The translations under genes and the position numbers were made by a program. Below, in pieces: positions 42,661 through 52,303 of a stretch of DNA of 64,000 nucleotides (positions are counted from its first letter, which is position 1; each line of letters begins with the position of its first letter). Under the pieces are notes generated by a model. That model was given only the letters and a program-made list of their open reading frames with translations, was not told the DNA's origin and searched no databases. The stretch lies in NCBI GenBank assembly GCA_965214835.1, contig CBDCCK010000002.1:256001-320000 (forward strand), read 5' to 3'. The DNA is from Nitrosopumilaceae archaeon. GTDB taxonomy: Archaea; Thermoproteota; Nitrososphaeria; Nitrososphaerales; Nitrosopumilaceae.

Positions 42661-42771
42661 GTAACAACTCGGGCTCTGGAAGTTCAGGCGTGAATTTTAC
42701 CGCCAAAGGGACCTTCGCAGATGTAGTTCGTGCCTAAAATCGTAAATCACTTCCAGAGCCCGAGCTGTTAC
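42661..42771. mobile_element. 111-bp MITE (family D)
   Basis: 23-bp TIR GTAACAACTCGGGCTCTGGAAGT / ACTTCCAGAGCCCGAGCTGTTAC; flanks ATGGCATA / CTGGCATA. Confidence 0.85.
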
Positions 42772-42815
42772 CTGGCATAGCCTAATATGGACAAAGCGGG
42801 CCGATAACTCAATAG

Positions 42816-43520
42816 TTGTCACAAAAAGAAATCCAGGAATCCCTTGACCTCCTGCAAAAGGACTGGGACATAGACCCGGTACTCTGTGACTTTATGCTCG
42901 GAAAAATCCGGGACGTATCCGATCACACGTTGAAGGTACAAGACGTGGTCTTTCACGTCCCGTACCTTGCATCCCAGAAGAAATACGTCCTGTGGAGGTG
43001 TCACTGGCCCGACTGCCACAACTGCTGCGACCGGCAGGGCAGGCTGCCACTGACTGCCGATGACCTGATTGTAATCGGCAGGGGCCTCAAGTACCAAAAG
43101 ACGTCCGATTTTATCAGGAATGAAACCCTGACCGCATGCCATTCTGAGCCGGGCCCCTCGGGCCAGCTGACAACAATGACCACGGTCAACCTCAAGCGAA
43201 GAGGGGACGAGACCGAGTCCGAGGACGGCACCCACATCTCCTGCAGGTTCCTAGATGAGAAGGGGGGGTGCAGCATGCATCCTGACAGGCCAGGGGTGTG
43301 CTACCTCTACCCGTTCTCCTCGTGGCTTGAAAACGAGCGGGGCAGGGCTCGCGTGCATGCTGCATACCAGCTCACAGGCGACTGCCCCGGGTTCTACCTG
43401 GCAGACTCTGTTGATCCGATGAGCGACGAGCTCGCACAGTACTCCAAAATCGTTTATGACTATGCAATGAAGTCCAGTCGGACGGTGCGCGAGGGCCTTG
43501 GCGCCGCGTCCTTTGGCTAG
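42816..43520 (+). CDS. YkgJ-family cysteine-cluster protein
   Basis: C..CHNCC, CRFL, CSMHPDRPGVCYLYPF. Confidence 0.85.
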   Translation: MSQKEIQESLDLLQKDWDIDPVLCDFMLGKIRDVSDHTLKVQDVVFHVPYLASQKKYVLWRCHWPDCHNCCDRQGRLPLTADDLIVIGRGLKYQKTSDFIRNETLTACHSEPGPSGQLTTMTTVNLKRRGDETESEDGTHISCRFLDEKGGCSMHPDRPGVCYLYPFSSWLENERGRARVHAAYQLTGDCPGFYLADSVDPMSDELAQYSKIVYDYAMKSSRTVREGLGAASFG

Positions 43521-44530
43521 GCCCTTGCAACCTTGAACAGGTCTGCCATCCTGATGTCCATCCCAAACCTGGCCTCGTTTTTTTTCATATATCGGAAGAT
43601 TGCAACAAAGTCCGGCAGCGCCCTGATGAACGAAAAGTCCTTGTGGATTTTCGCCCTGACAAAGTTGAAGACCTTGGCGTATACCTTATAGTGTTCGCCT
43701 ATTGCCCTATCATACGCTTCCATGTCATGCATGTTATCCAGGAAGATGTCTGCGCACTGCATGCTAGGTATGATCCCCTCGCCTAGCAGCGCATAGACCG
43801 TGCCTATCGACTCGCCGACGCCTACTACCTTGCCCTTGTAAAACGGCCTGCACCTGTCCGGCGTTGCCAGCCTGATGGGCCTGCCCTTTGTCTGTACCAC
43901 CCTCCCACCGTGCTTTTCCAGGAACGCGTCTGTGGCCTTTATGTGGTTCTTGTTATAGTCGCCGGCACCCACATGCGCCCATTTCTCGCCCAGCGGAAAG
44001 TACCAGAAATACCCGGACATTCCGGGGAACGGCTCTATGTAAAAGTCATCATACGGCACCCCGCCCTCGTACTCGACCTTGTACTCGTAGGTCGGCAGAA
44101 AAAAGTCCTGCTCCAGCTTTGGCAGGTATGCCCTGCTAAATCCCGTACAGTCCACAATCATGTCGTACTCTCCCTCCAGCTGTTCCAGTGGCGGCGACTC
44201 ACCGTAGATGACCTTGGAGTCCTTGATAAAGTCCCTGATCAGTCCAAGCTTGTTGTATGTGCACAGCCCGTGCAGCCCTATGTCGAACCTTGTGCCGCCG
44301 CTCATCCTTACGTGCATGCTTTTTCCGTCATGGATCATAAAGTCATCAAAATTCCTGCCCGCCTTTTTGCAAAACTCCGCAAGTACCGGCTTGATTGTCC
44401 CCCACGCGCAGATGGAGTCGTGCCTTTCTTCGGGGCTTCTCTCGTATCCTACGACCTCGTGCTCGGATCCCTCGAGTCTTGCCATGAGGTACGAGCCTGC
44501 AACGCCCATCCCCATCACCGCAATCTTCAT
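43517..44530 (-). CDS. FAD-dependent oxidoreductase (geranylgeranyl-reductase-like)
   Basis: GMGVAG, GYFWYFP, VGESIG..LLGEGI. Confidence 0.85.
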   Translation of the reverse strand: MKIAVMGMGVAGSYLMARLEGSEHEVVGYERSPEERHDSICAWGTIKPVLAEFCKKAGRNFDDFMIHDGKSMHVRMSGGTRFDIGLHGLCTYNKLGLIRDFIKDSKVIYGESPPLEQLEGEYDMIVDCTGFSRAYLPKLEQDFFLPTYEYKVEYEGGVPYDDFYIEPFPGMSGYFWYFPLGEKWAHVGAGDYNKNHIKATDAFLEKHGGRVVQTKGRPIRLATPDRCRPFYKGKVVGVGESIGTVYALLGEGIIPSMQCADIFLDNMHDMEAYDRAIGEHYKVYAKVFNFVRAKIHKDFSFIRALPDFVAIFRYMKKNEARFGMDIRMADLFKVARA

Positions 44531-44594
44531 TCAGGGACAATCAAGGCCGGCCTAATAAATAGACTGTCTGCACGGGATCTTCTGTACCCGTGGT

Positions 44595-47474
44595 TTACTC
44601 TACTAGTATTGCAGGCTTGAAGGGCCTTGCATGCCCTGCCTTTCCCTTTGGATCGTAGACGTCCCCGTCTGATCCTGCGTACACCGTGATGCCGGCCCCG
44701 AACTCCCTCCTTGCGATGTCTGCCAGCTCTGCGGCAAGGAAGTTTTTTTCATCAAACCCCTCTGACTCTAGCCTCATCCTCTTGATCTCCTCTGGCTGTG
44801 AGTGCAGATCCCTTATCACCTTCTGCACAAAGCCGGGGATCCTCTTGGCACCGGACGTCTCGGGGTCTGCGATAAGCTCCCTCATTACAGCTCCCATGTC
44901 GTTCTGGCCTCCGACCATCACTCCAAGTATCTTGCGGTATACCCTTGATCTGAACCCGTCCGAATCCACATAGATTACGATTTTTCGTGGTGTGATTTTT
45001 GCCACCCTGAGGATGTTTGCAATGTCGTCCATGGTTGCCCTGAGCAGCTCCTCGGACTGGATTGCGGCCGCATCCACCTCGTCCACTGAGTGCTCCGGCC
45101 ATCGGGACTTGGAGACCAGACCCGGATGCCCCAGCCCCTCCCACATCTCCTCGGCTATGTGCGGCGCAAACGGGGACAGCATCGCCACCCTGGCCGAAAG
45201 AATCCGATGCAGGATCCCGGAATTGTCCTCCCTGCCCTTGGCAGCCGTCCTCTTTGCGTACCAGCCCAGGTCGGACTCGAACGCAAACAAAATATCATGC
45301 AACGCCTCGCGCAGCCTCATCTTCCCTACGGACTCTGTCACCCCGGCAATAAGACCCTGCGTCCTTGATAGAATCCACCTGTCCTCTGCATTGAGGCTGC
45401 CGGCATCCCCCGGCTCTGCCCTTGCGCACTCCTCTAGAAGCGATTCCAGCCTGCTCTGGATGCCTGAGACCGACTCTATGTTAAAGTCTGCGTCCTGGAG
45501 CAGCTCGGCAGACGAGATGATTGCAAGCCTGATTGGATCGGCCCCGTGATCCCTGATTGCCGCACGCAGGGGGATTATGTTCCCCATGCTCTTTGACATC
45601 TTTGCCCCGCCCATCATTACAGAGCCGTTGACTACGATCTGCCGGGGCCATGACTTTTTGTCAAATATGGCCACGTGGTTCAGTACGAAAAACGACAGGT
45701 GGTTCTGGACCAGGTCCCTGCCCGAGTGCCTCGAGTCCACCGGATAAAAGTACGCAAACTCCTTTTTCACCGCATTGACTGCATCCTCAGAAAGCCCCGA
45801 GGCGCCTGCGGCGGTGCCGGCATCCCCCCTGTCCAGCAGGACATAGTCAAAGAACTCCCTGGTCAGGTTCTCCGGAGCTATGGTTCGGTCATTTACAAAC
45901 CTTGAGATCGTATAGTATGCCATGTAGATTACGCTGTCAGAGAGGCTCTCCACTATCCAGTCGCCGTCCCAGGGAAGCCTTGTTCCGAGGCCCTGCTGCC
46001 TTGCACACGCCCTCTCGTGCAGCCACTCAATGACGTCGCCGAACTCCGTCCTGATCTTGCCTGGAAGTATGCTCATCCTGCCAAGACACTCCCTTGCAAG
46101 ACCCTTCCACTGCTCGTCCCCATAGTCTAGGAACCACTGATTGTTGAGCACCTTGACGACGCATTCGGCCCCGCAGCGGCACCGAATGGGGCCGTTTTCA
46201 AGGACGGGAAACCCCTCCAGGTGCCCGTTCTCTGACAGCCAGTCCCTTATGCCGTCCCTGCCGGACCGCACCCTTTGGCCTGCAAAGTCCCCGCACCTCT
46301 CGTTTAGCCTTCCGTCCGTGAACTCCTTGAGGTACAGCTGGCCTGTGGCCTCCTCCAGCCTCTGATCGGACTGGTCTGCAATGCCCATCCCTTCACACAC
46401 ATCCCTTGCCGGAACCTCCCCGCACCCCTCAGTCGTGATGATCCGAACAGGCTCGATTTCCGATGCAATCTTGTGGCCACCCGCCTTTAGGTCCATCAGC
46501 GCCTGATAGTCCTTTGGCGCATGAGCTGGAACCGACATGACCAGGCCCGTGCCCGTGCCCGGCTCCACAAAGCCCGCCTCAAGTATCGGGATCTGCCGGC
46601 CGTCGTGCGGGGCCCTTGCATGCCTTCCAGCCAGCTCCGAACCTGCAATGTCTCCCTCGACCGTTACATCCTTTCCAAGAAACTCCATCCTCTTTGCACA
46701 TTCTTCGGACACTATCCATTTTTCACCGTCGGCCCTGATTTTCTTGTAGACTGCACCCGGATTGACCCAGAGGTTCGTGACCCCGAATATCGTCTCGGGC
46801 CTCAGCGTCGTGACGGGAAACACGAGGCCATCCAGCCCGAACTTGATGAGGTGATTCTTCTCGTCGATTCTCGGCTCGACGTCGCCCATCGTGTCATGTT
46901 GTGATACGGGGTTCTGATCGCGCGGACACCAGCCCACGGGGTGGGAGCCCTGGATGATCCTGCGGTTCTCCCTCAGCGTAGTGATCTGCCACTCGATGAA
47001 CCTCTGGTAGCCCGGGGATATGGTCGTAAACTCCCTGCGCCAGTCAATCGAATAGCCCATCTCGATCATTCCTGACCTTATCTCCTCGTGGAAATAGTCT
47101 GCAATCTTTATCGGCTCGGCGAATGTCCTGATGGCATCCTCGGGTACACGGTATATGTCTCGCAATCCGTCCAGGATCTCCTTTTCCCCCGACTCGATTC
47201 TCCTTGCCATGCCAAGTATTGGCGTTCCGGTATAGTGAAATCCCATCGGAAACAGCACGTTGTATCCGCGCATCCTGTAGAACCTGGCATGGACGTCGGC
47301 TAGCGTGTACGTCCTTCCGTGTCCTATGTGCTGCGGCGAGTTAGGGTACGGATAGGCCACCGTTATGAATTTTTTCGGCCTCTCATCCGGATCTGCCTCA
47401 AAATCCCTGCCTTTGGCCCACCTAGCCCTCCACTTGCCCTCGATCTCGCTCCAGTTAACCTTCACAGCCCTCAC
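44595..47474 (-). CDS. leuS: leucine--tRNA ligase
   Basis: YPYPN..HIGH, TTLRPET, GTGLVMSVPAHAP, KMSKS. Confidence 0.97.
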   Translation of the reverse strand: MRAVKVNWSEIEGKWRARWAKGRDFEADPDERPKKFITVAYPYPNSPQHIGHGRTYTLADVHARFYRMRGYNVLFPMGFHYTGTPILGMARRIESGEKEILDGLRDIYRVPEDAIRTFAEPIKIADYFHEEIRSGMIEMGYSIDWRREFTTISPGYQRFIEWQITTLRENRRIIQGSHPVGWCPRDQNPVSQHDTMGDVEPRIDEKNHLIKFGLDGLVFPVTTLRPETIFGVTNLWVNPGAVYKKIRADGEKWIVSEECAKRMEFLGKDVTVEGDIAGSELAGRHARAPHDGRQIPILEAGFVEPGTGTGLVMSVPAHAPKDYQALMDLKAGGHKIASEIEPVRIITTEGCGEVPARDVCEGMGIADQSDQRLEEATGQLYLKEFTDGRLNERCGDFAGQRVRSGRDGIRDWLSENGHLEGFPVLENGPIRCRCGAECVVKVLNNQWFLDYGDEQWKGLARECLGRMSILPGKIRTEFGDVIEWLHERACARQQGLGTRLPWDGDWIVESLSDSVIYMAYYTISRFVNDRTIAPENLTREFFDYVLLDRGDAGTAAGASGLSEDAVNAVKKEFAYFYPVDSRHSGRDLVQNHLSFFVLNHVAIFDKKSWPRQIVVNGSVMMGGAKMSKSMGNIIPLRAAIRDHGADPIRLAIISSAELLQDADFNIESVSGIQSRLESLLEECARAEPGDAGSLNAEDRWILSRTQGLIAGVTESVGKMRLREALHDILFAFESDLGWYAKRTAAKGREDNSGILHRILSARVAMLSPFAPHIAEEMWEGLGHPGLVSKSRWPEHSVDEVDAAAIQSEELLRATMDDIANILRVAKITPRKIVIYVDSDGFRSRVYRKILGVMVGGQNDMGAVMRELIADPETSGAKRIPGFVQKVIRDLHSQPEEIKRMRLESEGFDEKNFLAAELADIARREFGAGITVYAGSDGDVYDPKGKAGHARPFKPAILVE

Positions 47475-50143
47475 TCCAAAATCATTGATCTTGCCCTCGA
47501 TGAGGCCTCGCCTTTTTTAGATGTGTTCTTTCCACCTCCCTGGGCAAACCTGCCGTCTCCCCCGCCTGCGCCCCCCAGGATCCCCGCGATATCTCTGGCT
47601 ATGGCGCCTGCATTCCTGCCCGAGTCCTCCCCGCAGTACACAATCACTCGGATTGTCGGCCCTGCCTCAAAGATTCCGCAGTATGCGGCCCCTGCATCGC
47701 CGCTGATCAGCCTGTCGCCAAAGTTGATGTGAAAGTACTCGTCGTATTGGTCGCTGTCAGTAAAGCAGAGTCCGCCCCTGACCTCGATTCCCTCAAGCGT
47801 TCCGGACTCCCCCGAGGTGATCCGCTCCAAGAGTTCAGGTATTTTCTCTCTGGCCATGATCCTCCTTTGCCCCCGATCCTCGTGCCTCTTCTCCCTTTGC
47901 TCTGCAAGTTGTTCTTCCTGTCGCATGCTTGACTCCTGCCTCTTTGTGTACTCAAAGGCGGCGGGCCCGGATACGAACTCCAGTCTTACCACCCCGTCCT
48001 GAATTCTCTTGGCCTTTGTAATCTTGATCAGCTCAATGTCCCCCGTTGCCTTGACATGCGTGCCGCCGCATGCCTCCGTGTCCAGGCCCCCGATAGACAC
48101 TATCCTCACTGACTTTACCGGAACCACCCCGCCCTGGTAGATTCTGAACCCATACCTTTGCTCGGCAGTGCCCCGGTCGAGGTACTTTATGCTTACCGGC
48201 AGGTTTTGCCTGACCACGTCGTTTGCAGCATCCTCGATCCGTCCCACCTGCTCTCCGGTCAGCGAGGAGTGGTGGGTTATGTCCAGCCTGCCGTGATCGG
48301 CCTCCTTGAATGCCGAGTGCTGCCATACCCATGAGCCTAGCACTCCTCTTGATGATGCGTTAAGTATGTGGGTGCTTGTGTGGTTTTTTGTTATGTCGGA
48401 TCTTCGGGATTCATCAACGCTGCAGGAGACGATCTCGCCCTCCTTGGGAACCCCGCCCTCTAGCCTGTGCACTATGATGTCTGCATGCTTGTCCACGTCG
48501 ACCACCCTGAATCCTGCAATCGTCCCGTGATCGGGCTCCTGTCCCCCGCCCCGGGCGTAAAATGATGTCCTGTCCAGCACTACGAACTCCCCGAACACCT
48601 TGAGAACCCTTGCCTCAAACCGCAGCGGATCGCCTTTGTAAAACAGCATGTCCGTTTCTGGAAGCTCTTTTAGTGGAAGTCCCCGGACCTCCTTCTTCCT
48701 TTCTGACTGGTGCAGGTCTGACAGTCTTGAATAGAACGTGGATGGGATCTCCCCAATCACGCCGACCTCCTTGAGGTACTCCGGGGTGACCCCGTCTGAC
48801 TCGTACAGCGTGATCAACTCCTCGACTGAGGGGGAGCCTCCCCCCTCCTTTATCCTGCCTGCAATCTTTTTCATTCTGATCCTTGACTCCCCATATCTTG
48901 CAGACTCTATGCCTAGGATGCTCTTTACGTCCTCCCGCCTTGAGTCAAGCTCGGGATACGTGTCCCTTAGATAGTCGACGTGCATGTCGATTAGCTCGCC
49001 AATGTCAAGCCTCAGGTTCAGCCTGCTGATGGTCCCGTTGATTCTGCGCAGCATCATCCTCAGGTTGTATCCGCCGCCTACGTTGCTTGGGAGTGCCCCG
49101 TCTGAGACTGCAAAGATCAGCGTCCTCAGATGATCCGCGATAAGGTACATTCCCTCCAGAGGCGAAATTACCCTGCTGACCTGCCCGTCTGTGACCCCCG
49201 CGGCCTTTATCGCGTGCCTTCTTACGTCTGACAAATCCCCAAAGTTTTCCAGCGCCCTTGCAATCTCTGTAAAATACCTACTCAGCAGATTCGAATCCGG
49301 GTCAATTCCTGCCTTTTCAAACAGCCTGCCGGTAACCGGCCCAAAGCAGCAGTCGTATGCGGTGGGCGTCCCCATCGTTATCCAGGCAAGCCTTTCGAGC
49401 CCAGCACCCATGTCGATGATCTTCTGGTCAAGCGTGGTGTGCCTTCCAAGCTCCCCCTGAAACTCCGTAAATACAGCGTTTCCCAGCTCCAGTCCCCTGA
49501 CGAAATACTCCAGCGACGGGCCAAACGAGCCCCCGCCTGCCCAGACATCCTCCACAAAGACCACCTCCTCTTTTTTTATTCCAAACCGGTCTGTCAGCAG
49601 CCTAAAGTCCAGGTCCACGCACTCGTCTTTCCAGTACCCTTCCGAGTCCGGAATGCTGTGCTGGCCGATCATGCAAAAGCTTGAAAAATGCCTTCCCGTG
49701 ACGCCTACGTTTTCCAGGTCCTTGAACCTCAGACACGTCTGGGGGACGACAAGCGGGTTTGCAGGAAACTCAAAGACGACCTTTGAGCCCATCACCCTCT
49801 GAAAGTCCACGATTGAAGCGATCGTAAAGAACAGATCGTCTCTCCACCTGCAGACGACCGGATAGCGGCTTACCGAGGTGTGCCCGTTTTGGACAAAGAA
49901 ATCCTCCACCTGTCTCCATGATTCAGTATAGTCGAACCTTTTTGAGGTCGGTGGCTCCCCGATGAACGAGTAGGTATCCTCAGAGTCGCCGGGACAAAGC
50001 GTCCTGCCAGAGTCCAGCGTCCAAAAATACACCCCGCATTTCGGACACGACCTTCTCTCAAATCCCCTCTCCTCGAACAACCTGACGCTGTAGTATCTGC
50101 CGGGATCCGACGAGAACTCTTTTAGGATTTCTTTTTTCTCCAA
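47471..50143 (-). CDS. alaS: alanine--tRNA ligase
   Basis: Archaeal N-terminus, DMGAGLER, IADHLR, HTSTH, CGGTH, GGGDGRFAQGG. Confidence 0.97.
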   Translation of the reverse strand: MEKKEILKEFSSDPGRYYSVRLFEERGFERRSCPKCGVYFWTLDSGRTLCPGDSEDTYSFIGEPPTSKRFDYTESWRQVEDFFVQNGHTSVSRYPVVCRWRDDLFFTIASIVDFQRVMGSKVVFEFPANPLVVPQTCLRFKDLENVGVTGRHFSSFCMIGQHSIPDSEGYWKDECVDLDFRLLTDRFGIKKEEVVFVEDVWAGGGSFGPSLEYFVRGLELGNAVFTEFQGELGRHTTLDQKIIDMGAGLERLAWITMGTPTAYDCCFGPVTGRLFEKAGIDPDSNLLSRYFTEIARALENFGDLSDVRRHAIKAAGVTDGQVSRVISPLEGMYLIADHLRTLIFAVSDGALPSNVGGGYNLRMMLRRINGTISRLNLRLDIGELIDMHVDYLRDTYPELDSRREDVKSILGIESARYGESRIRMKKIAGRIKEGGGSPSVEELITLYESDGVTPEYLKEVGVIGEIPSTFYSRLSDLHQSERKKEVRGLPLKELPETDMLFYKGDPLRFEARVLKVFGEFVVLDRTSFYARGGGQEPDHGTIAGFRVVDVDKHADIIVHRLEGGVPKEGEIVSCSVDESRRSDITKNHTSTHILNASSRGVLGSWVWQHSAFKEADHGRLDITHHSSLTGEQVGRIEDAANDVVRQNLPVSIKYLDRGTAEQRYGFRIYQGGVVPVKSVRIVSIGGLDTEACGGTHVKATGDIELIKITKAKRIQDGVVRLEFVSGPAAFEYTKRQESSMRQEEQLAEQREKRHEDRGQRRIMAREKIPELLERITSGESGTLEGIEVRGGLCFTDSDQYDEYFHINFGDRLISGDAGAAYCGIFEAGPTIRVIVYCGEDSGRNAGAIARDIAGILGGAGGGDGRFAQGGGKNTSKKGEASSRARSMILE

Positions 50144-50241
50144 CGGCTTGGCTTTGATTGCCCGATATTAAGAACTGTCGATTACGATCAATTAAATACA
50201 TAGACTGTCGTAGTTTTCTGTTGTTCGGCAAAAAACCAGCC

Positions 50242-50730
50242 ATGAGGGAAGGCGTTCACGTGTTTGGGACAAGAAAGGACGGCGACTTTAAGAACTTCTT
50301 TTTTGGCATAGTCTCCGGCGTCGAGGGAAGCAGAATCGGGGTAAACGGCATCCTGGTAAACCCTGTGGGCCTGAAAAACAAGATCTCACAAAACAAGGCA
50401 GGCCCGCGCTCCATTGAGATTCTGGAGAATCCCACCCCTGACAACTGCGTCCTGTCGCTGATCTACAGGACAGAACACGAGAACTTTACCGAGGAGATAG
50501 ACCTGGACCAGGAGCAGGTGCTACTGATTCCACCCAAGGTCTATGCGATTCTGGACGGATGGATCAGAGAGTCAATCCCTGAGATAATCAACAATGTCCT
50601 GTCGCTGGCAGGCGGCGCCGAGCGGGATCAGGCAAAGCGGGTGCTCAGGCAGAGGATGGATACCATTGCCGACAAGGGCCTCAGGCGGACAATGTATTCT
50701 GTGTGTCGGAGCCTCAAGATTCTTAACTAG
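50242..50730 (+). CDS. hypothetical protein
   Basis: Long ORF divergent from alaS; probable start MREGVH. Confidence 0.7.
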   Translation: MREGVHVFGTRKDGDFKNFFFGIVSGVEGSRIGVNGILVNPVGLKNKISQNKAGPRSIEILENPTPDNCVLSLIYRTEHENFTEEIDLDQEQVLLIPPKVYAILDGWIRESIPEIINNVLSLAGGAERDQAKRVLRQRMDTIADKGLRRTMYSVCRSLKILN

Positions 50731-50889
50731 GCGCTCGCACTATATCACGCTCACGGCCGGATCCACCCGGTCCCGTCTCGGATGCACTGTCGCGTACTGG
50801 CAGGTATGACTTGGCATGGGCCAGGCCAAGTCGGTGCTGCGGGTCTTGCACTGGCTCTCAGACCGGCCCGCCGATAGATCATGCGCGGC

Positions 50890-51867
50890 TCACATCTTTC
50901 GCATCAGGGAGTATCTTCGCGCCTTGATGAAAAAATACGCCGCCAGTCCGCCCAGAACCACCGCAATTGCGATCACCGAAACGAACGGCTCCCCCATGTC
51001 CATATAGGGCACACCCGAATCCGGCGCGAAATTTACATCCTCCACCCTGCGTTTATGGATTTCCAGAGACTCCTCCAGGCTGCTTGTCGTGCCGTCAAGT
51101 GGCCGGGGCTCCGGCAAAGCCTCCACTGGAGCCTCCGTGATACTTTCACCTGCACCGTCAGGAGGCACGGGTGCCGGCAAAGCCTCCGGGGACTCTGAGG
51201 GACTGCTTGTCGTGCCGTCAAGTGGCCGGGGCTCCGGCGAAACATCCGTGTAACTCCCATCTGCACCGTCAGGAGGCACGGGTGCCGGGGCCTCCCCTGA
51301 CGTGTCTTTACCTGCCTCCCCGACACTTCCGGGATGTTCGGACGGCTTGCCTTCTACCTGTGGCTCTGTAGGGATTGCATCGGGCGTTGTTTTTGAGACC
51401 TCATCCTGACGCTCTGGTTCCGGAGGTACTCTGGACTGCTCCTGCAGATACGATATGGAAAACAGCCCTGCCACGGCTGCCACTCCGACCCCTGCAAACC
51501 TGTAGATTGTCTTAAACGAACGAATGAAGGACTTGCTCTCCCTTGCCCTGTCTGATACCTTTGACGGCAGAATCACTATTGCGAATTTCGTTGCCTTGTA
51601 GTATTTCATGTCGTGGGCCTTGATGTTTTTCCCAATCCTTGATATTTTCACCATTCCGACCTGCTGCATTTTATTCAGGTGGTACTTTACAAGCTGCAGG
51701 GAGATTCCTGACTTTAGTGAAATCTCGCTTGCAGTCAACTCCCCCTCGAACAACAACTGTAAAATCGTCCTGCTTGAGTTGTTTGTCAACAGCTCTCCGA
51801 CCACCTTTATCTTCTGATCATCGGAGAGAAAGATCTCAATCTTGTCGGAGTCGGTATTGTCTGACAT
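50890..51867 (-). CDS. ArsR-type HTH protein with two TM helices and a Pro/Glu-rich repeated linker
   Basis: SRTILQLL..LTASEIS..LVKYHLNKM; TM at about residues 125-142 and at the C-terminus; internal duplication. Confidence 0.8.
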   Translation of the reverse strand: MSDNTDSDKIEIFLSDDQKIKVVGELLTNNSSRTILQLLFEGELTASEISLKSGISLQLVKYHLNKMQQVGMVKISRIGKNIKAHDMKYYKATKFAIVILPSKVSDRARESKSFIRSFKTIYRFAGVGVAAVAGLFSISYLQEQSRVPPEPERQDEVSKTTPDAIPTEPQVEGKPSEHPGSVGEAGKDTSGEAPAPVPPDGADGSYTDVSPEPRPLDGTTSSPSESPEALPAPVPPDGAGESITEAPVEALPEPRPLDGTTSSLEESLEIHKRRVEDVNFAPDSGVPYMDMGEPFVSVIAIAVVLGGLAAYFFIKARRYSLMRKM

Positions 51868-51967
51868 GGTGACTGCCTCACTGCCTTCTGAACCAGGGTA
51901 TGTAAAATTTTTGGTAAAACCATGATTTCATCAAACGCTATAAGTGGATTTTATCTATATGTTTTCA

Positions 51968-52303
51968 ATGACTGGAAAAATACCTGCAATCGCTGCGGTC
52001 ACAATAGCTGCAATCCTGATCATGCCGGGCATCGGCGCGGCTTTTGCCGAGGGCGTATATCTTGGAAACACCGGCTCGCAGGATTACGCCGGCGCCTATA
52101 CGCTGGAGGAGGCGTTAAAGCTCCAGAGAGAACGCGTGGAGCTTGCACAGCAAAGCCCTGACAAGGGTTCGGGCACTCCCCTCTTGGTCTTGGATGGGGC
52201 CCTGGGCGCCTCGCTGGTCTCTGGAGCCGTCTTTGGCGTAATATCAGCTGCATTCTTTGTAAAAAGCCGCAGAGGACGGTACGTTGCACCGGGACTGGGC
52301 TAG
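51968..52303 (+). CDS. small membrane-anchored protein
   Basis: Signal peptide, GSGTP, C-terminal TM followed by RRGRY. Confidence 0.7.
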   Translation: MTGKIPAIAAVTIAAILIMPGIGAAFAEGVYLGNTGSQDYAGAYTLEEALKLQRERVELAQQSPDKGSGTPLLVLDGALGASLVSGAVFGVISAAFFVKSRRGRYVAPGLG

